From assembly GCA_963777315.1 (NCBI GenBank), contig CAVZQC010000004.1:608001-672000 (forward strand): a stretch of DNA of 64,000 bases, in the 5' to 3' direction. Below the pieces are notes generated by a model that was not told where the DNA came from, did no database searches, and saw only the letters and a program-made list of their open reading frames with translations. The position numbers and the translations under genes are program-made. The DNA comes from Vulcanimicrobiota bacterium (GTDB lineage Bacteria; Vulcanimicrobiota; Vulcanimicrobiia; Vulcanimicrobiales; Vulcanimicrobiaceae). Positions 10,712-22,709 of this stretch are shown piece after piece; position 1 is the stretch's first letter; each line of letters opens with the position of its first letter.

Positions 10712-11191
10712 ATGAATAAAACCAATACGAACGATCTTGAAGAGCTGTCCTGGTCGTCGCCTTCAGGAAAATTCGCCGGCGCCGGAAAGCAGGTTTCGGA
10801 AGCGCTGGGCCGCGACCGCTCGTCGACGGACGTTATGAAATGCCATCCTTTCGACGTGGAGATCCAGCGTCTCGAGCCCGGAAAGATATCGTGCCCATAT
10901 CACGTGCACACGCATCAGTGGGAATTCTACCATGTGATCTCAGGACATGGGTACGCGCGTAACACGGACGGCAACACGCCGATCGGCCCTGGCGATGCGT
11001 TTCTCTTCAAGCCGGGCGAGGCGCATGCAATTGGTAACGATGGTGACGAAGATTTGATCCTCTATGTTGTCGCGGATAACCCTTTCAGCGAAGCGTGCTA
11101 TTATCCGGACAGCCGTAAGTGGGCAATCTACGATCGCATCATCCGTGCGGACCAGGCGGCGTCCCTCGACTACTACGACGGCGAAGAGTGA
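10712..11191 (+). CDS. Cupin domain protein
   Basis: PYHVHTHQWEFYHVISG and GEAHAIGN motifs. Confidence 0.88.
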   Translation: MNKTNTNDLEELSWSSPSGKFAGAGKQVSEALGRDRSSTDVMKCHPFDVEIQRLEPGKISCPYHVHTHQWEFYHVISGHGYARNTDGNTPIGPGDAFLFKPGEAHAIGNDGDEDLILYVVADNPFSEACYYPDSRKWAIYDRIIRADQAASLDYYDGEE

Positions 11192-11197
11192 CAGGCG

Positions 11198-11449
11198 ATG
11201 CTGAAACAAGAACGCGCCCATGGCGTGGTGCACAGCATGCCGGCGGATTTCCGCAAAGCAATTGAATCGGATTCTATTGCCAAAGAAGTGTGGGCTGACA
11301 TTACACCGCTATCGCGCAATGAGTGGATCTGCTGGGTGACGTCCGCTAAGAAAGATGAGACGAGAAAACGCCGGATAACCGTCGGCCTTGATAAAATGCG
11401 CAAAGGCATGCGCCGGCCTTGCTGTTGGCCAGGTTGCCCGCATCGCTGA
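11198..11449 (+). CDS. YdeI/OmpD-associated family protein
   Basis: WADITPLSRNEWICWVTSAKKDETRKRRI and C-terminal RRPCCWPGCPHR. Confidence 0.8.
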   Translation: MLKQERAHGVVHSMPADFRKAIESDSIAKEVWADITPLSRNEWICWVTSAKKDETRKRRITVGLDKMRKGMRRPCCWPGCPHR

Positions 11450-11470
11450 TCTCCAAATCATCCGCGATGT

Positions 11471-11750
11471 TTACGGATGACGCGCTTGCGTGACAACCTC
11501 GTTCACAGCGGAAGGGACGACAGTGGGCCGGTCCAACTGGATGTAATGTTCTGAATGGTGGACGATGAAGTTCACGCCTACCGATGAAAGCCGCGCGATG
11601 CGATCGTGCCCCGCCGTCCAGGCACGTTCAATTGCCTTCATTTCGGCTGGCGGGAACGGAGACGGACCTGTGTCATTGGCTGCCGTAAACACAATCAGTG
11701 GCATCGCGCCCCTGCACGAGCGTTTCCGGCGCGTTGAAAGGTGAGCCGCG
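11471..11750 (-). pseudogene. C-terminal fragment of an alpha/beta hydrolase
   Basis: PLIVFTA...HSEHYIQLDRPTVV is a typical hydrolase C-terminus; no N-terminal domain. Confidence 0.6.
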
Positions 11751-11951
11751 AACAGCCGTGGCTGCTTTCCGTATACTTTCCGACAGGTCGCGACGGATAA
11801 GGCTGAAAGCATCCCGTGACTTTAAGTCGAGCCCGATCGTCGCGGTAAGCCCGCCGATGATCCTTCCGGCGCCAATTTTTCCGGCCGATGTCGATTTCGT
11901 GCCGTTCCGTTCGACGGGTAGGTAGAAAACAACCAAACGAAGAGGAGACCC

Positions 11952-12332
11952 ATGCGATTCTTGGTCATGGTTAAACCGAATAAGGACGAAGTTCCCCGCT
12001 ATGAAGCCGGGAGCTTCCCGGAGAGCTTCAACGACGACTTAGCCAGAATGGGGGCGTTCAATTAAACGCTCATCCACGACGGCATGCTCCGGGAGATGGG
12101 CGGCTTGAAGCCGACCTCCGCGGGCGCCCGCATCGACTACTCAGGGGCAAAGCCGCAGATAACCGACGGGCCCTTCACGGAGACAAAGGCGTTGGTCGCC
12201 GGATTCTGGCTCCTTGAAGCCAGCTCGAAGGAAGTGCTCGTCGAACGCCTTTTGCGGTGCCCTTTCTCGTACGGCGAGTCGGTCGAAATTCGTCCGTTGT
12301 TTTCGGACGAAGACCTCGAGGCGTTCACCTAA
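11952..12332 (+). pseudogene. YciI/DGPF family protein with in-frame TAA at 12063
   Basis: RBS GAGGAG, MRFLVMVK... then GAFN* followed by TDGPFTETKALVAGFWLL in the same frame. Confidence 0.8.
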
Positions 12333-12384
12333 GAGCATCGTTACAACTCAACATCCCGACGAAGAGCTTATAAAAAGAAATTAA

Positions 12385-13026
12385 ATGACTAAAGTAAAAG
12401 TTGCCGGGTTCGGTGTCTCGCTCGATGGCTTCGCTGCGGGAACCGCTCAGAGTTTAGATCATCCGCTTGGTTTGCGGGGCGACGAGGTCTTTCAGTGGTT
12501 TTTCCCAACGCGAACGTTTCGTCAGATGCAAGGAAAAGAGGGCGGTGAAACTGGCCTTGATGACCAGTTCGCCCGACGCGCAATGGAAGGTTTCGGTGCA
12601 TTCATCCTGGGTCGCAACATGTTCGGACCTGTTCGTGGGGAATGGCCGGACGATCGATGGAAAGGCTGGTGGGGCGACAATCCGCCCTATCATGCGCCAA
12701 CGTTCATATTGACACATTTTCCACGGCCGCCAATCGAGATGCTAGGCGGAACGACATTTTATTTTGTCTCCGGCGGCATTGAGGATGCGCTGCAAAAAGC
12801 GCGCGAAGCGGCAGGTGCAAAGGACATCAAGATTGGGGGCGGTGTCGACACCGTGAGGCAATACGTTCAGGCCGGCTACGTGGATGAAATTCACCTCGCT
12901 TTTGCTCCAATTGCGCTTGGCCAAGGCGAATCGCTCTTTAGGGGCTTGGATCTCCGCACTCTGGGATATCGGACAGTCGAGCATGTTCCGACGGACCGAG
13001 CCACGCACATTGTCCTCGCGAAGTAA
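12385..13026 (+). CDS. Dihydrofolate reductase family (RibD C-terminal-like) protein
   Basis: SLDGF, ILGRNMFG, GGG and GQGESLF motifs. Confidence 0.9.
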   Translation: MTKVKVAGFGVSLDGFAAGTAQSLDHPLGLRGDEVFQWFFPTRTFRQMQGKEGGETGLDDQFARRAMEGFGAFILGRNMFGPVRGEWPDDRWKGWWGDNPPYHAPTFILTHFPRPPIEMLGGTTFYFVSGGIEDALQKAREAAGAKDIKIGGGVDTVRQYVQAGYVDEIHLAFAPIALGQGESLFRGLDLRTLGYRTVEHVPTDRATHIVLAK

Positions 13027-13399
13027 AGTTCGATGAGCCGATCCGAACCATTGCGCTGGCTACAACCGGCACGTGCCGCGGAGCCCGTTATCACGTTGTT
13101 GTCAACGGTCTGGCGCGCGAATATATTCGATTTGGAATACCCGCACGTTACCGGTAAAGCCCCGCATTCCATATGGCGCAACATTATCGCGTTTGATGGG
13201 ACGCTCGCGACGGTTCCAGGGGCTGCCTTCGGGGCGCCCCTTATCATTCGGGATCCTTCACGTCTCTCGGGTTTATATCATCCGGAAGCTTAAAAATCGA
13301 ACGGCTTTTCTCGTCCGGCACCTGAACGACGATTCCGTGGAGCGCACTCTCAATCGGCAGTAAGACTCTCGTATGTGATGCGCCGAGTGCTCAATCGAT

Positions 13400-13644
13400 T
13401 GTGACGGTCACAGAGCATCGGTTACGGCCACAAGCGTGTCCTCCGACACGCCGAGCGCCTCGCCGTTTTCAAACGCGGCGTACCACGCCACTCCAATGCC
13501 GGCAAGCGAGGCCACCTCTTCTCTGCGCAGTCCACGCCCGCCGCGCCGTCCCGTCGACGGTAGCCCGACGTCTGCCGGGGTAACTCGTTCACCTCATGCT
13601 TTTAAAAATCGGCGCAACTGGCCAAGGCGCTCTTGTTCCCTCAT
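13400..13644 (-). pseudogene. XRE/MmyB-like transcriptional regulator pseudogene
   Basis: Manual translation MREQERLGQLRRFLKA*GERVTPADVGLP...GLRREEVASLAGIGVAWY; premature stops; not in the ORF track. Confidence 0.75.
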
Positions 13645-13713
13645 CCTTACAGTGCCAGTAGCACCGTTAAGGCGTATCTTCCTCGCTTCTCTGCTCTGGG
13701 CTAAGGTTAGGTC

Positions 13714-14112
13714 ATGACAATCAAACGCGCAGGTTCTCAGGCGTCCGCTGCGGGACCCGCTCAAACATTCACGGGTTCAGTCCGAATCGACCCCCTCATC
13801 GACGCTGCCGATCCGGCGCGCGTATGGGCCGGCTACGTCACCTTCGAGCCATGCGCCCGCACCGATTGGCACACTCATCCACTCGGGCAGACGCTCATTG
13901 TTACGGCCGGCTGCGGCCGGGTTCAACGATGGGCAGCACCGATCGAAGAGATTCGGCCCGGCGACGTTGTGTGGATCGAGCCTGAGGAAAAGCATTGGCA
14001 TGGTGCAGCGCCGACGACCGCAATGACGCATGTCGCGATCGTCGAGAAACTCGACGGCAAATCCGCTACGTGGCTCGAAAAAGTCACCGACGAACAATAT
14101 AGAGGAGCATAG
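13714..14112 (+). CDS. Cupin domain protein (hydroxynitrile lyase-like)
   Basis: [20 protein letters not shown] and [14 protein letters not shown] motifs. Confidence 0.88.
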   Translation: MTIKRAGSQASAAGPAQTFTGSVRIDPLIDAADPARVWAGYVTFEPCARTDWHTHPLGQTLIVTAGCGRVQRWAAPIEEIRPGDVVWIEPEEKHWHGAAPTTAMTHVAIVEKLDGKSATWLEKVTDEQYRGA

Positions 14113-14120
14113 ACCGCAAA

Positions 14121-15735
<1,615 letters not shown>

Positions 15736-15738
15736 TAG

Positions 15739-15958
15739 CTACAGTAACTGACGTCACTCGTTGGCGGTCATTTCAAGAGTGCGAAGAATGCTTGCAAGCG
15801 TTCCACGCTTCACTGGATTGTGCAACGGTATCGAGACGTGCGCACCATCGCGAGTCATTTTGACATGCGAGCCGACCTGCGAATGCTTTGCCCAGCCGGC
15901 GCGCTCGAGTGCGCGAATGAGAGGCGGTCCCGGTTACCACGGGAAGATTACTACTGAT
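15739..15958 (-). pseudogene. hicA: HicA family toxin, degenerate
   Basis: Manual translation LIRALERAGW...GSHVKM...SIPLH..VKRGTLASIL; ATC at the expected start, a frameshift and a TGA near the C-terminus. Confidence 0.75.
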
Positions 15959-15972
15959 CGCTCAGGTCCAGA

Positions 15973-16218
15973 TCAAGCTGCCGGTACTGGGACCGTAACG
16001 CGTTCAAGCCGGACATTTTCTGCATCGCTTGGCGGGACCGGTAAACCCTTATCAACCAGATATCCCAACTCGAGTTCTATGACCTCGCGCGCATTGCGCA
16101 GCGCGTCTTCGACATTGTCGCCCTGGGTGTGCGCCATTGGAAATGCAGGAATAATGACATTAAAGCCGCCGTCGTCTCGATCCGGTTCCAGCATCACGCG
16201 GTAGGATAGGCCGTCCAT
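15973..16218 (-). CDS. hicB: HicB family antitoxin
   Basis: DDGGFNVIIPAFPMAHTQGDNVEDALRNAREVIEL. Confidence 0.88.
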   Translation of the reverse strand: MDGLSYRVMLEPDRDDGGFNVIIPAFPMAHTQGDNVEDALRNAREVIELELGYLVDKGLPVPPSDAENVRLERVTVPVPAA

Positions 16219-16244
16219 GCGGCAAGGGTTCGCCGAGAAGTGTC

Positions 16245-16478
16245 TTCATCCCCGGCGCTTGCGTAAGGCGCTGTACTTCCCAGCAATGTCGGCCATCCGA
16301 TATAACCCCATTCTGGAAGGCTCTCTACCAACGTTTGCTGGCTGCCGGCAAACCGAAGATGGCCGCTCTTGCCGCCGCAATGCGCAAGCCGCTTATTCTT
16401 GCTTACGGCGTTCTCAAAAGCAAAAGGCCCTTCGATCCGAACTACGCCGGATCCTGACCCAGCATCACGGTATCTCCG
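16245..16478 (+). mobile_element. IS110-family transposase C-terminal remnant
   Basis: LRKALYFPAMSAIRYNP, then after a frameshift YQRLLAAGKPKMAALAAAMRK...VLKSKRPFDP. Confidence 0.8.
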
Positions 16479-16687
16479 GCGCTAGCAATTTCCGACGAAT
16501 CAAGCTTGTGGGATTTAGACCAACACGATGCGTTGCAGCACGCGGTCAGCGTCATTCCAGAGTCCTTCGGAGCCGATATTTCCGTTACATTCAAAGATAG
16601 CAATCTGGTTGACCTGTTCGAGCGAATCCTGTCTCCCGCAAAGGTGGAGAACCGCCTTCATTCCGAAACTAAAGGCTCGAGTAGAAT

Positions 16688-17428
16688 ATGCCTAAAGCGT
16701 TGCCAGAGCTGAACCTCCGAAATCGCGAGCTCGAATGGGCGCGTCTCCGTTACTGGTTTGAGCGCAGACGTGAGGAATTCAAGGAACCACCGAAAGGTGA
16801 TCCTGATTCCCCGGCATACAAACGCGTCGCCCGCGTACCAGATAATCTCGAGGCGATGCGCGCACTAGATGCGGAACTTCTTCAGGCCGGCATTCCCGTA
16901 CCGTTCGCCGCTTTGCATGGTTGCAAGGTCCCTTATCCCGAGGCGATCCCGGTTCTGCTGAAGCATCTCGCTCTTCCGTACAACAGCGATATAAAGGATA
17001 GCATTCTAAGAACGCTCGCCGTCCCTTACGCGAGAGAGATCGCATTTCGCGAAATCCACCGCCTTCTTCTCTTGGAAACTGCCGAATGTGATACGCTGCT
17101 TTTCGCGTACGGAATTGCGCTTGAAGCTATTGCTGCGAAGAAACAAATACCGGAGCTTTTGTCAGTCGCAAGGGACCCTCGACTCGGACACGCGCGTTTT
17201 TTAGTGCTGAATCGTCTAGCAAAGTGGAGGGTTCCCGAGGCCGTCGACCTCGCCCGCACGTGCTTCAATGAGCCGCTTGGCGAGTGCAGGGCTATCCGAT
17301 GCCTCCGTTTACTGCGTAGTTGGAGCGATCGGGCTGAGGTTGAAAAGCGCTTGCATTCGACAAACGCCGACGTCCGCGCTGAGGCAAAGGCCTACTTAAA
17401 AGCGTTCGATAAGGCCTCTCTGCGGTAG
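16688..17428 (+). CDS. HEAT-repeat-like hypothetical protein
   Basis: Helical repeats such as EAIPVLLKHL, IPELLSVARDPRLG and VRAEAKAYL. Confidence 0.6.
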   Translation: MPKALPELNLRNRELEWARLRYWFERRREEFKEPPKGDPDSPAYKRVARVPDNLEAMRALDAELLQAGIPVPFAALHGCKVPYPEAIPVLLKHLALPYNSDIKDSILRTLAVPYAREIAFREIHRLLLLETAECDTLLFAYGIALEAIAAKKQIPELLSVARDPRLGHARFLVLNRLAKWRVPEAVDLARTCFNEPLGECRAIRCLRLLRSWSDRAEVEKRLHSTNADVRAEAKAYLKAFDKASLR

Positions 17429-17473
17429 GCCTTCAGCTCGTAAGGCATAACATGGCGACTCCGCGGTGGGACA

Positions 17474-17653
17474 ATCGCAAAACTTGAACGTGGTCACGAG
17501 CGCGACCTTAATGATGTACGGGCAACGGCGGATAGGAAACTCATCGAGCCTGGTCAGCTGACTTCCTTATTTCGACGAGATCGCACCATCGCTCTACAAG
17601 TTTCCCGCAATTGAGCGAACTGAGTTTCGGCAAGCCGTCGCCACTTTCATTGA
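17474..17653 (+). pseudogene. C-terminal remnant of a nucleotidyltransferase-like (DUF6036-type) protein
   Basis: IAKLERGHERDLNDVRA..., then after a frameshift EIAPSLYKFPAI; family recognised from memory, not searched. Confidence 0.45.
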
Positions 17654-17992
17654 TGCGGACCGGCCACGGCATTCAATCGACGCGTCGTGCGACGGTTGAC
17701 GGCACTGTCGCAACAAACGGGAGTAAATCGTTCAGAGCCTCGGCGAGGGCAGGGAATATCCCGAGGCCGCATAGGCTTCATTTACCGGTAAAGTGTCCGG
17801 TATACCGTACCCGAGAAAATGCATGCGGTGCTGCGCGAGCATGTGCATAGACGCGATGGGGACATGCGCGTTGACTCAAAGTAGACACGCGAATGGATGC
17901 ACGGTTGCAACTTACCAGTAAAGGCCCGGCTATTTCATCATATGCAAAAGCCCCCGAACCCCGAGTCGAACGCAAACTCCGCCGCTCGCTGT

Positions 17993-18097
17993 TTAAATTA
18001 CAATAACGAGCTCCGGGTACGGGAGCAAACCACGGTCGGCGGTGAGCAATCTTGCACCTTCGGTTACGGCCTGAGCGATCAACACCCGATCAAACGC
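17993..18097 (-). pseudogene. PIN/VapC toxin C-terminal remnant
   Basis: FDRVLIAQAVTEGARLLTAD motif without the N-terminal half. Confidence 0.7.
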
Positions 18098-18284
18098 TAA
18101 ATTCGCCTTTGAGGATGCCGGAGCGTGCGTTTTGACGTTCCGGCCGCAAGCGGACCGGTTCGCCGGCGGCGACGTCTTCGACGATTCTCGAAAGATGGTT
18201 TGTCGCTTCATGAATGTTGATGCTTTTCATGTAAACTAAGTCTAGTTTCCGCCCGTTCTCTGTCAACCGAACCGTGCAGGGCCC

Positions 18285-19250
18285 TCAGCTGAACGCTTTG
18301 AGGTATTTCAAAAGAGCGGCCCACGCGACGTTACGGCCATGCTCCGTTCCTTCCGGTGTCCCGCCGTACTGAAACGTATAAGACCGTCCCGCATAGGTGT
18401 AGGTTTGGCTGACCGGGCTCGGCCCTTCGCCTAAGAGCCGGTGACTAGCGTGATTGAAGACCAATAGGGTGACAGGGTAGCGGAATTTTGCCTCCCGCAA
18501 TTCCGCAGAAATCTTGCGGGCCATCATGCCGGACGGCCATACCGCGTCCGCGTTAGAGCCTACCAACAGAACTGGACCGCGGATACGCTCGACCGGAATC
18601 CCCGCGGCGGCTACTGCGGCGCGATTCTGCAAAGACGCGGTAAACAAGGTTTCACCCCTAGGAACGCCATGGACGAACGGCACGAAAGGCAGAGGGCGAT
18701 CGCGCCACGTCCACGCGCTGGGTCCTTTCGGGTCAACGCTGGTGACCGCGCCCCAAACAACAAAGGACGGCACGTACGCAATGACGCCTGCGACGTGTTG
18801 ATCGTACGCGCCGGTCAGGAGCGCCGCCTCACTCCCTCGAGAATCGCCCAAGACGACGACCCGGTTCGGATACACTTTGCCGGAGCTGCGAAGCCACTCC
18901 ACCGCCGAGGTGAAAGTTTCAATCGGCACATCGGCAAGCTTTCGTGGACCATCAACGCCGTCGTGGTAGTCGACACCGAGTACGGTATAGCCCAATGCCG
19001 CAAGTTTCGGGCCGGTGTCGTCGGCTTGGTAGAGGTGGCCCTCACTTCCACCGATGAGCACCACACCGATACGCTTGGAAGAACGGGTCGGAGCGTAGAG
19101 GCGGCCTCTGAAGCGGGGCTGTTTGACATCGACGCGCGTCACGAGCGAAACCGGTGCTGTCTGACCGACTACATGGGATGTCAGTAATAGACTCGCAACA
19201 AGACCTCCGGCCGTAAAGCGCAGAGAACGCTGAATTCCTTTAAAGATCAT
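18285..19250 (-). CDS. BAAT/acyl-CoA thioester hydrolase family protein, secreted
   Basis: GGSEG, GDSRGSE nucleophile motif, IPVERIRGPVLL and DAVWPS; N-terminal signal. Confidence 0.85.
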   Translation of the reverse strand: MIFKGIQRSLRFTAGGLVASLLLTSHVVGQTAPVSLVTRVDVKQPRFRGRLYAPTRSSKRIGVVLIGGSEGHLYQADDTGPKLAALGYTVLGVDYHDGVDGPRKLADVPIETFTSAVEWLRSSGKVYPNRVVVLGDSRGSEAALLTGAYDQHVAGVIAYVPSFVVWGAVTSVDPKGPSAWTWRDRPLPFVPFVHGVPRGETLFTASLQNRAAVAAAGIPVERIRGPVLLVGSNADAVWPSGMMARKISAELREAKFRYPVTLLVFNHASHRLLGEGPSPVSQTYTYAGRSYTFQYGGTPEGTEHGRNVAWAALLKYLKAFS

Positions 19251-19318
19251 GCGCCACTGATTTCTATGTGATCTGGAGTGGGCTCCTACACCGGTTACGG
19301 CAATAAGGATAACGGATG

Positions 19319-19804
19319 CTACAGCAACGGCAGTATCTCAGGCGTGGACTGCCGAGCGGAATAACATTCTTCAAGGAAAGCGATTTGCGCGCGTTCCGAT
19401 AGCGGAAAGCCATAGCGGACTTGTTCGTCAATCGCCGACTGGAGATTCGAGCCTTGCGCAATACGAACTAAAATCGCGAACGTAGAAGCGCGCCCATGCC
19501 CGTTCTTGCAATGGACGTAAATCCCAGCATTGTCACGGTAATGCCGGCACAGCCACAGCCACTGGCGGGCCTGATCCATCGAGGGCGCGTGGTGGTCTTT
19601 CACGGGAATGTGCACCGGCTCGAGTTGCGGCGCGTACTTTGCCATTTGCTGCGACTCCTCATGCGTTCGAAGGTCAACGACGCAGCGAATGCCGCGCTCC
19701 AAAAGCCACTGGTAGCCGTCGGGGGTAGGCTGCCCGCCGCGAAACAGCCAGGGCTCTAGTTCGCCAAATGCCGGCAGGTCGTCTGGGGACGGTGCAGCCT
19801 TCAC
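19319..19804 (-). CDS. Dual-specificity/tyrosine phosphatase family protein
   Basis: RGGQP, VVDLR and HCKNGHGR (CX5R) motifs. Confidence 0.88.
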   Translation of the reverse strand: MKAAPSPDDLPAFGELEPWLFRGGQPTPDGYQWLLERGIRCVVDLRTHEESQQMAKYAPQLEPVHIPVKDHHAPSMDQARQWLWLCRHYRDNAGIYVHCKNGHGRASTFAILVRIAQGSNLQSAIDEQVRYGFPLSERAQIAFLEECYSARQSTPEILPLL

Positions 19805-19882
19805 CGCAAAAGCACCACAAATTCAGAGGGCCTCATATGTGCTCTTACGTTCCCGGTACGGCGTCACAAGGTGCAGTCGCGC

Positions 19883-20548
19883 CTATGGCACCGAAGGATG
19901 CGCGAAAGCGACGATCTCGTTGTTGTCGCGATGACTGGTCCAAAAACGAGCGCCGTCGAAAGTGAGCCCTCTGGCCGCAAACGGAATCGAGGCCAGCGCA
20001 GTAACGCTGGGAGTTTGCCCGCGCGCGTCAATTTTCGTCAGCTGAACGTTTTCGAATTCCTCGTCCGACGTCACCAGATAGAAGCAGCCCTGCACGATCG
20101 TCATGCCGATGGGTACCCGTTCGAGCGAAATCCTGCGACTCACCGCTCCTTCTGCGTCAAGGGCCACCACCGTGCGATAGTGCGCTTGTGACAAGAACAG
20201 CACGTCCCCGTCAAATGCGAGATGCGAGCCAGTGAATTCCGGACACTGAATGCGATCGCCCTTGAAGCCGTGACCGGGCACGAAGCGGTAGATGTAGCGG
20301 TCGTCATTTTCGCCCAGACCGATCACCACCCGCAATTCTTCTCCGAGCGCCGCCATGCCGAACGGCGTGCCCGGCGTCTCGCCCTCGTCGCGCGCCGCCC
20401 AAGAAGCCGGGTCTATTGCGTAGAGCCGGTGTACTTCTCGGCTGGCCATCCACAGTGTCGTGCCGGCGAACGCGAGGCCGAGCGGCTTGGGTGCCGGCGC
20501 CGGAAGCCGTAAGATTTCGGTAACATCGCTGAGCGTTTGCATACTCAT
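19883..20548 (-). CDS. Hypothetical beta-propeller-like protein (paralog of 9240-9905)
   Basis: Shares RLYAIDP, LSQA, GMTIV.G.FYLVT.DEE and FDGA..WT with the 9240 ORF. Confidence 0.75.
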   Translation of the reverse strand: MSMQTLSDVTEILRLPAPAPKPLGLAFAGTTLWMASREVHRLYAIDPASWAARDEGETPGTPFGMAALGEELRVVIGLGENDDRYIYRFVPGHGFKGDRIQCPEFTGSHLAFDGDVLFLSQAHYRTVVALDAEGAVSRRISLERVPIGMTIVQGCFYLVTSDEEFENVQLTKIDARGQTPSVTALASIPFAARGLTFDGARFWTSHRDNNEIVAFAHPSVP

Positions 20549-20614
20549 ATCTCCCCCGATCCGCCAGAACCCCGCACATCCGCCTTTGGTTTTGGGCAGC
20601 ACGGCCGGCTCGCT

Positions 20615-21334
20615 TTAAGGGTGCTGCAGCGCGGCTTCAGGCACGGCCGCCGGAAACGTAACGCCGGTAAGCAGCAAAGTGCTCTGGAAGGCAACGTTTT
20701 TGCTGTGTGCGGACGGCAACCAGTGCGCGTCGATCTCGGAAACCCACCAGGTCGCAACCGGCCCGAATTGCCGGAACGAATAATCGATGGCGACATTCCA
20801 CCCTTGCAGCCGTTCCGCATAACTGAGCCTGAGCACATCGGCCGACGCTTCGTCGACCCACAGCTCGCGCAATGGATAGTACTGCGGATCGCCGATGGGA
20901 CGAAGCTTGAGCCGGTAAGCTTTCCGTCCGTCGATCGTGCTTTCGCCATCGAGCAAAACGTCATAGTGCAGCGCTTTCACCGAGGCAATCACGCCACGCG
21001 GGCTTCCAAACGGATCGACCTCGGTGCTCGTGGGGTATTCCGATGAAATGTTGAAGCCCAGAGGCGAGTACGCCGGCCCAACGCAATGGATGCCCATTGA
21101 TGTCTTGGGTACTGCGGAATCGGAATCCAGTTCTCGAGTAGCACACCAATGGTCGAACGTTCGAAGCACGACGTGCTCTCGGCCGGTGGTGATCGTTCCG
21201 TTCGCCTGCCGATGGCTGATGTCGACGTCGAACTCGATATATGGAGGAAGCCTACGAGCCTCCCAGGCCTTCTCGGCCCGCGCAAAGATCTGCACCGCAG
21301 TAAAGGCGGGACCCGGCGAGGCATGAGCGGTCAT
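20615..21334 (-). CDS. Hypothetical protein with YRLKLRP...LRELWVD motif
   Basis: 239-aa ORF; motif shared with 52141-53055. Confidence 0.65.
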   Translation of the reverse strand: MTAHASPGPAFTAVQIFARAEKAWEARRLPPYIEFDVDISHRQANGTITTGREHVVLRTFDHWCATRELDSDSAVPKTSMGIHCVGPAYSPLGFNISSEYPTSTEVDPFGSPRGVIASVKALHYDVLLDGESTIDGRKAYRLKLRPIGDPQYYPLRELWVDEASADVLRLSYAERLQGWNVAIDYSFRQFGPVATWWVSEIDAHWLPSAHSKNVAFQSTLLLTGVTFPAAVPEAALQHP

Positions 21335-22119
21335 TCTCCGGCGTTCTCGCGCGCAATCGGGCAGTAATCGTATCGATGGTCGTAGCAGTTTTTCACCAGC
21401 GCGTGCATGGCGGTGTCCGCCGACGCGACGTAGTCGGGAGCCGGGCCGGGGAGAGGCATGCTGTGCACTCCCCGCGCGAACGGATCGTTGTTCAACGGAA
21501 AATGGATGGGCCAGGGTACGACGCCCGTTTCAAACGTCCCGTCGGGGTACGTGACGGAATATCGCACGTAGTAGTACACCACGTCCCCGTCGGTCCAACG
21601 CCGCATCGGTGAAAGATACCCTTGACCCGATGAAGGCGTGGTCGCTATGCCGGACTGCGCGAAGCGATAATGTTTCGTTGGTTCCGGTACAACCGCTTCT
21701 CGAGCGCCCTGAACCGGATCCATTCCCGCTCGCGCTTGCGCTATCGTTTCTTGAAATTGGGTCTGCTCGCGCGCCAGCTCTTCGGAAGTGATTCGCGTGA
21801 TGCGCGCGGGCTCCACATGCCGATTGTTGGCTAGTTCGCGCTGCGGCAGATGCGCGGCCGCGACCCGGCGTCGTGCGGACGAATGTGTCGTCGGCGTCCG
21901 CATCACGCGTGGTGGTGGAGAGGGCTTGGGCGCCGGCGTTACGGTTACTGCAACTCTGCGCTCGATTTGGAGCCGGCTGATTGTGGTGATCGGCTGCTTA
22001 GCGGGTGCGCCCCAATGCAGTCTTCGCACCACCAGAGGGAATAGCACTGCAATAAGCACTATGTGAATGGCAAGGGAAAACCACAGACACTTGAGCAGTC
22101 TGCGGCGGTGCGCAAGCAT
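21331..22119 (-). CDS. Membrane-anchored protein with TonB-like N-terminus and Pro-rich linker
   Basis: SLAIH TM motif, PAPKPSPPP linker, unknown C-terminal domain. Confidence 0.6.
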   Translation of the reverse strand: MLAHRRRLLKCLWFSLAIHIVLIAVLFPLVVRRLHWGAPAKQPITTISRLQIERRVAVTVTPAPKPSPPPRVMRTPTTHSSARRRVAAAHLPQRELANNRHVEPARITRITSEELAREQTQFQETIAQARAGMDPVQGAREAVVPEPTKHYRFAQSGIATTPSSGQGYLSPMRRWTDGDVVYYYVRYSVTYPDGTFETGVVPWPIHFPLNNDPFARGVHSMPLPGPAPDYVASADTAMHALVKNCYDHRYDYCPIARENAGE

Positions 22120-22175
22120 GTGCTGCAGTATGCGCTGCTAGCCTGAGGGCAGCCTTAGGCATGCTGTGAGTAGAT

Positions 22176-22592
22176 TCACTTGAGCTCGGTCAAGACGTAG
22201 CCGGCGACATCGTGGAGGTCGCGTTTGGACATTTGCCAGCGCGGCATAACCGGATCGAGCGGTTGGCCCTCGTTGTCGACGCCGGTCGATATGGCGCGTT
22301 CCAGAAGCGCGATCGTATACGGACGCTTCTGATCGTTCACGAGTGCCTTGTAACGCAGATCTGCACTTACGGCACCCCTGGGCAAATGCACGCCGCCGGC
22401 CCCGTTGGGCCGATGGCATGCCGCGCAACTGGAGTAGAGCGGACGACGGCGCGCGACGATCTGCGTTCCCCGTGAATCACGTCCCGTTTGAAATATCGAT
22501 CGTCCGTTTGCAAGTCCGGCGTTGGCAGCGGACGAACACCCGGCCAAAAGACACGCAGTCAGCAACAGGGCAACCCGCACGGTTTGGCTCAT
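22176..22592 (-). CDS. Cytochrome c lipoprotein
   Basis: LAGC lipobox, CAACH heme motif, distal MP. Confidence 0.88.
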   Translation of the reverse strand: MSQTVRVALLLTACLLAGCSSAANAGLANGRSIFQTGRDSRGTQIVARRRPLYSSCAACHRPNGAGGVHLPRGAVSADLRYKALVNDQKRPYTIALLERAISTGVDNEGQPLDPVMPRWQMSKRDLHDVAGYVLTELK

Positions 22593-22709
22593 CGCGCAGC
22601 ACTTCGAGACCCGTGCCGGCCGGTCCCCGCGGGATAAACGAAAGGCCGCAGTACTTGCGTGCCGAACGCCGCGCCAAGCCGAGCATCGAACAGCCGTGGA
22701 GGATATGCC

